A DNA stretch of 64,000 nt from assembly GCA_965113315.1 (NCBI GenBank), contig OZ220363.1; one strand, 5' to 3'. Below the pieces are notes generated by a model. That model saw only the letters and a program-made list of their open reading frames with translations, had not been told where the DNA came from and did not search any database. This stretch comes from Podarcis vaucheri (lineage: Eukaryota). Position 1 is the stretch's first letter. Each line of letters starts with the position of its first letter. This document shows, one piece after another, positions 59,201 through 64,000 of the stretch. Made by a program: the position numbers and the translations under genes.

Positions 59201-62200
59201 TATAAGGAGGTGGAAGAATGAGGTGAAGCTGGGACTCACTCAGAAAGGAAGGAAGAGGGAATGGGAACTTGTTGGGATGTCTCTAGATCCCTTCCTTAGT
59301 GCTGTGTTGCATTATGTTCTGCAAAAGTGTGTGCATGTCTCCCCACAGTGGGAAGGGGAGTAACAGTGGGAATGGGGTGCAAAAAGCCCCTGTTAATGTG
59401 ATTGTTTGAATCTGAGCCAGCATCCACATATATATTACATATATATGTAATTGAAATTGGATTGAATGGGAATTATTATTTCAATGTATGCTGAAAACGC
59501 ACAGTGTAGCTGATTTGTTTTAATAGGAATCTGTGCCTTCCCCTGTGCAGGAAAATGAAGCTTTCACTAAGACACCATGCTACCACTACTTTCACTCACG
59601 TTGCCTTGCCAGTTATACAGAGCATATGGAGGAAGAGATCCGTGCAGAGAGGAAAGAAAGAGTACAGCCTTTGGCACCTCTGCCCAAAGAGGTAATAGCT
59701 CCTTGCATGCACCCCACAGCTGCTTCTAGAACTTCACCAACTTTTTCCTCCAGGAATGGCTTCTGAATCTGGATCAACATTTCCAGTTCATTTTGGTTAT
59801 TAGTTATGGCGTTGAGAGCTGTGGACAGGATTTTCCCAGATAAATGTTGAAATGGTTTTCCATGGTTCAGTGCTGTGCATACTTTCGCATTTGCAAGTTA
59901 TTTTGTCTACAGAGGACAAAATGTTAAGTCATGTGTAAAGTCTGGGAATCTAGTTAAAGACCAGAGGAGATGGTCAACATATCTTCCTTTGCTTCAAATA
60001 CTAAAGAACTGGGGTTCTGTAGATAAAAACAATCTTCGCAGCTGCAATGCAAGTGACCAAAAAGTAAACTCACATTATATCTCATTGAACACCTGTGTTG
60101 GTGTGTTTCTTGGTGGAAAAGATTGTGAATGGACTTCAACATACACAAAAAAGCTTTGCCAAGAAACAAAAGTTATCTTCCTCCACTCCCAAACAATAGA
60201 ACAGTTCTGAGGGCAGGGTTGCTAGTGGTGAATCTTCACTCTGAGATAATTTTTGCACTAGCTTTGATGCAAGTTGTGATTGCATTAGGAAGGCCCAGTA
60301 GCATCCTATAAAAGAGAACACTTTACTGATGGATGTTTATAGAATGAAGTTAACTAAGTTCCCAGGAGGCTTGGATGATGAGCTCAGAATCCAGGCTGCC
60401 CCGTGATCCTTGTAGTCAGAACTGCACAGCACTCTTCTGCCAATAACACTGTTGTTGAGTGCTAGAGCTCCCCAGGATGAGTAGCAGTTTAACAGGAAAA
60501 TATTACTCTCTTAAGACACACTGGCGGAGTATGAGAACAGTAGCTGTGTATCCCATGACTAGACTAACCAAGGCCGAATTTTGTTGTTATTACCTTGTGT
60601 ACAGGAATTTGAAGTGCAGTGCCCTGTGTGCAGGGAGCCTCTGGTTTATGATCTTGCAACATTGCAAGCAGCACCACCTCCACAGCAGCCAATGGTAAGG
60701 AAACTTTCAAAACAGACCTTTCACATGGACTTGCTGCTCTTTAAAAGATGCACCAGGCAGGCAGCCTCTTGCTTCACTAATCTCTCTCACTTATTAGACC
60801 TGTTGGGCAACCCCATTTCTCCAAATGAGCTCTGTTAAGTGTTATTTCCAAATAATCATATACCTGGTGCTTTGTACGTCTGCAGGTGGCTATGAGTTCT
60901 AACATTCTTGCCAATTTTTCCTTCTACACCAGGGAGAGGAAATTATTTTCAGCCAGGGAGCTGTCTTCCTTTCTATTCAACCTTCCAGGGGCCACATAGG
61001 AATTTTATTGTTTGTATAGCAGGCTAGTTTCACACCCCTTCTTCATTTAGGCAAAAAGTATTAACAGAGTGAAACAACAGATATAATCAACCCGTGTCAT
61101 TGCTTCCCCGTTACACAATAGGTAGTACATTTAGTTGTGTTTAGAAATACCAGCTTAGGTTCTAACTAAGAATCCTCTGGGAGGAGCATGCTGTGACTGG
61201 AGTTTTACTAATGAGATGCTCTTGCCTGTGTAAGGAGGTGGGAGACTGCATTTCCCCCCCAGTCTTTCTTTCTCTCTGCCTGCCCCCCAGCAGCCCCTTT
61301 GCCCATCAGAACTGGAGGGTTGAGAGACCCAGAAGGCTCTGTTTGGGCCAGTCATCCAATTACATGCCTCTCTTTCCTCAGGAGGTGTACCAACCTGACA
61401 CACAGACACTGCAGCACAGAGAACAACTGCGCCTGATCTATCAGAAGCAGCAGGAGAAAGGAGGCATCATTGACCCTGAAGCAGAAAGAAATCGCTACTT
61501 CATCAGCCTGCAAAAGGTTAGTGCAGGCAGCAGGAGTACAAAGAGGATAATGGTCATAGGGAAAGAATGAAACAATGGAGGTAGCAATTTTTACTTGCTG
61601 AGACATCCTTTCTTGTAGCACAAGAGAGAGTTTGATATTTGCATCCTAGGCAATTCTTTTAAAGTGCTGATGACTTGTTGCTGGCAATTTTGCAAGTTAC
61701 TATAGGGAAAGATTTAAGCAGCAAAGCCTGGGGAAGACAGATGGGGTGACATCAATATATTAATTCCTGTGGGATCTTTGCCACTCAGACTGAGAATCAA
61801 GCCTGCTGAGTTTATGCATTTTCTGCCCTTCATTTTGGTTTCTATCCTTTTTAGCCCCCAGATACCACTGAACATGAACAAGTAGCCATCTCAGAAAATG
61901 TTCTGGATACTGACAAGGAACTGAGGCCATCAGTCAGCTCAGAACATACCCAAGGAACTGCAGAGGCTGCTGTTCCAGTGAGGAATGAACCTGAAAAACC
62001 AGAGAGACCTTCTGTCCCTTTGCATTTCCATAGCAAGAGAGAGAGGACTCGAGATGAGAAACCATCTATACAAGGCCCTGGCTGGCAGCTGCGCTACAAG
62101 TCACTGGAGACACCAGCAGAAACTCATTGTCTTCTCACTGTTGAGGGGAAATCCAGAACCTTCAGTAGAAGACCCAACTGGAGAAAGGAGAGGGGACAGC

Positions 62201-62595
62201 GAAGCTGTGGGAGGTACAATCAAGACTTCTCAAAATCTTGCAGCAGAGACCAAGTGTCTTCACTGGTGGAGAAAAAAGAGCTGCGCACCAGAGGAATCTC
62301 GCCAACCAAAGAGGGAATGTATTTGAGAGAGGAGAAAAATGTTGTGGGGAAATGGACGCAGGAGCAGAAAAGTCAAGCCCATGACAGTGAGGAAGTAAAC
62401 TTGGAGGTTAGCCATAATGAGCTCAGGGGGTCGGCCAAGTGGCAGGGTCGCCGTGGGATGCAGGATTGTAGGCAGTGGGAAAAGACCAAGGGTAGAGAAC
62501 ATGGATCTTATATTAAAGTGCCAAGAGGCCGAGGACGCACCACATTGAACTCAAGGAGAGAGCTGCAGAGCCAAGAGACTGAGGATGGCTCCTAG
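55885..62595 (+). CDS. RNF25: E3 ubiquitin ligase RNF25/AO7 (RWD domain plus RING-H2; 10 exons, 514 aa)
   Basis: Exons: 55885-55934 (MAATGDSEEQEELAADW), 57367-57441 (LPSEVEVLESIYLDEL), 57866-57968, 58062-58129 (YPNEVP..NPRGLSDEQI), 58892-58961, 59063-59134 (NNIPHGQCVICLYGFQ), 59551-59691 (FTKTPCYHYFHSRCL), 60605-60694 (QCPVCREPLVYDL), 61382-61516 (GGIIDPEAERNRYFISLQ), 61855-62595 (..TEDGS*). 1545 nt, GT-AG with consistent phases. Confidence 0.97.
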
Positions 62596-62803
62596 CAGGC
62601 AGGAGTTGAGACTTGAGGGGCTTTTTCTAGGGGTGAACACAGGTGATTTTGTTGTGCTGTCAACCATTGGCCTGGATTGTAAGGAAAGGCAGATCTGTCT
62701 TGAAATTCTCCTCTCGGCCATGGGCGGTTTATGTCTTGAAGTAGGGGTATATTGTCCTCAGAGATCAGAATTACTGTCTGTGGACTGTAGTAAATAACTG
62801 AAT

Positions 62804-62809
62804 AATAAA
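62804..62809 (+). terminator. Candidate poly(A) signal of RNF25
   Basis: AATAAA about 210 nt after the stop codon. Confidence 0.6.
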
Positions 62810-64000
62810 TGGTAGCCAAATGCTATTGCCCATGGGCAAACTGTAGGCTCTTACAGTGAATCAGCGCTGTGTAGAGGACTGTTTGAGGCTGAATCCCTGA
62901 ACTAAAAGCCAAGCTTGAAAACTATTAAGTAACCCTGTTCTAAAATAGGTGCTAAAAATAGAAGGACTATAAGGGAGTACAGGTCTCCTTGTTTACTGTC
63001 CAGAACTATGGAGAGGACTTGCCATTAATAGTGTCACTATTTTTAGACATGCCTTATTGATGGTATTGGCATATGTGAAAAGAGTGGACTTGAATCAACA
63101 TTGACTTGGCGGCTGTTGACCACAGAGGGTTCTTTAAGCCCCCCAACTGTGGCCAGACTGAATGTTGGAGTCTCCCACTGCCTCATTGTAATTGGCTAAT
63201 GTTCAGTAGTGATTGACCTTGAACTGCAAACATCAAACATGCCTATTCTAAAGGGCCTTTAAATTATAAGAAGTCCAACTCCTTACTCACCCAGTAGTTG
63301 GATTTGGAGCTAGTATTGGCAACAAAGGCTTCAGCTCCAGGTACACCAAGGCTCTTGTCTTTGCCTGTTTTCACAAATGTGATATCCTGCAATGGTTTAC
63401 TAACTGTAATCCTGTCCAGAGTTCACGTGACTTATGTTTTGGGTCTTATCATCTTTGATTCGAGCCAAATTTGGTTTTGTTGGGGTGAGAAGTCTCTCAT
63501 GCTCAACTGGCTTTCCCCTCCCAACCTTATGGCTTTGTGTATGTGCATTCACCCACACACCATTCAAGAACAGCTCTACTCTCCATTTGGGAGGGTAATA
63601 CCAATGTACCTACCTATTTTTAGGCTACACAGTCCCTGTCATCTCCCTCAGCAAAATGCAGCCTTGTCTTCATGGGTATTTCTGCTCAGAGGAGGAGTCT
63701 GTAGCAATATGGAGTACATGTGGCCACTATGCAAACATTTTGAACAGACTTTCCTCCACTTGTATTTCTATTTTGTCACATATTTATGGCCTTCCTCCCC
63801 CCACAACAAATTTTACCCTAGGCTGTGTGAAAGTTCCCAAGCTGCTTAAATTCCTTATATGTCTGCAAGATGTCCCCCCACCCCTCCCCAAGTGAAGCTT
63901 TGCCAGACTTCATAATTTTTCTTTTCTGCTTAGCCACAGTAACATTGTAGATGTGTGACAACTTTACAGAGCACAGTGGCCAAAATGACCTTATAATAGA

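Noticed and set aside
59434-59451. 18-bp palindrome ATTACATATATATGTAAT
   Set aside because: Built on a (TA)n core, so easily explained by slippage.
63298-63849. 183-aa ORF downstream of RNF25 (possible next gene)
   Set aside because: Non-ATG start, no similarity to the expected neighbour BCS1L or any protein I recognise, and it ends in a SINE-like remnant.

Overview
Vertebrate genomic DNA, almost certainly a squamate and probably a lacertid lizard, judging by several young Sauria-type SINEs. I rebuilt four intact multi-exon genes by hand, with every junction GT-AG and phase-consistent. They form two head-to-head pairs that meet tail-to-tail: CNPPD1 (-, 8 coding exons, 429 aa), RETREG2/FAM134A (+, 9 exons, 553 aa), STK36/Fused (-, 26 coding exons, 1324 aa) and RNF25 (+, 10 exons, 514 aa). 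Introns hold Sauria and other tRNA-derived SINEs, TA-flanked Tc1/mariner-pogo-type MITEs, hAT MITEs with 8-bp TSDs, CR1 fragments and a Penelope-like remnant. I found no convincing novel protein-coding system. The best leads are: (i) RETREG2-STK36 adjacency, implying an inversion relative to the human 2q35 order; (ii) a textbook RFX X-box in the STK36/RNF25 bidirectional promoter; (iii) UPRE, CLEAR-like and NRF1 motifs plus an overlapping uORF at the ER-phagy receptor RETREG2; (iv) a decayed hammerhead-ribozyme motif between the CNPPD1 and RETREG2 promoters; and (v) several hairpin-forming repeats (a MITE with a triple palindrome array, a tRNA-Ile fold-back, a 71-nt MITE hairpin, and inverted MITEs flanking RETREG2 exons 2-6). 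Gene and repeat names come from recognising the sequence, not from database searches.
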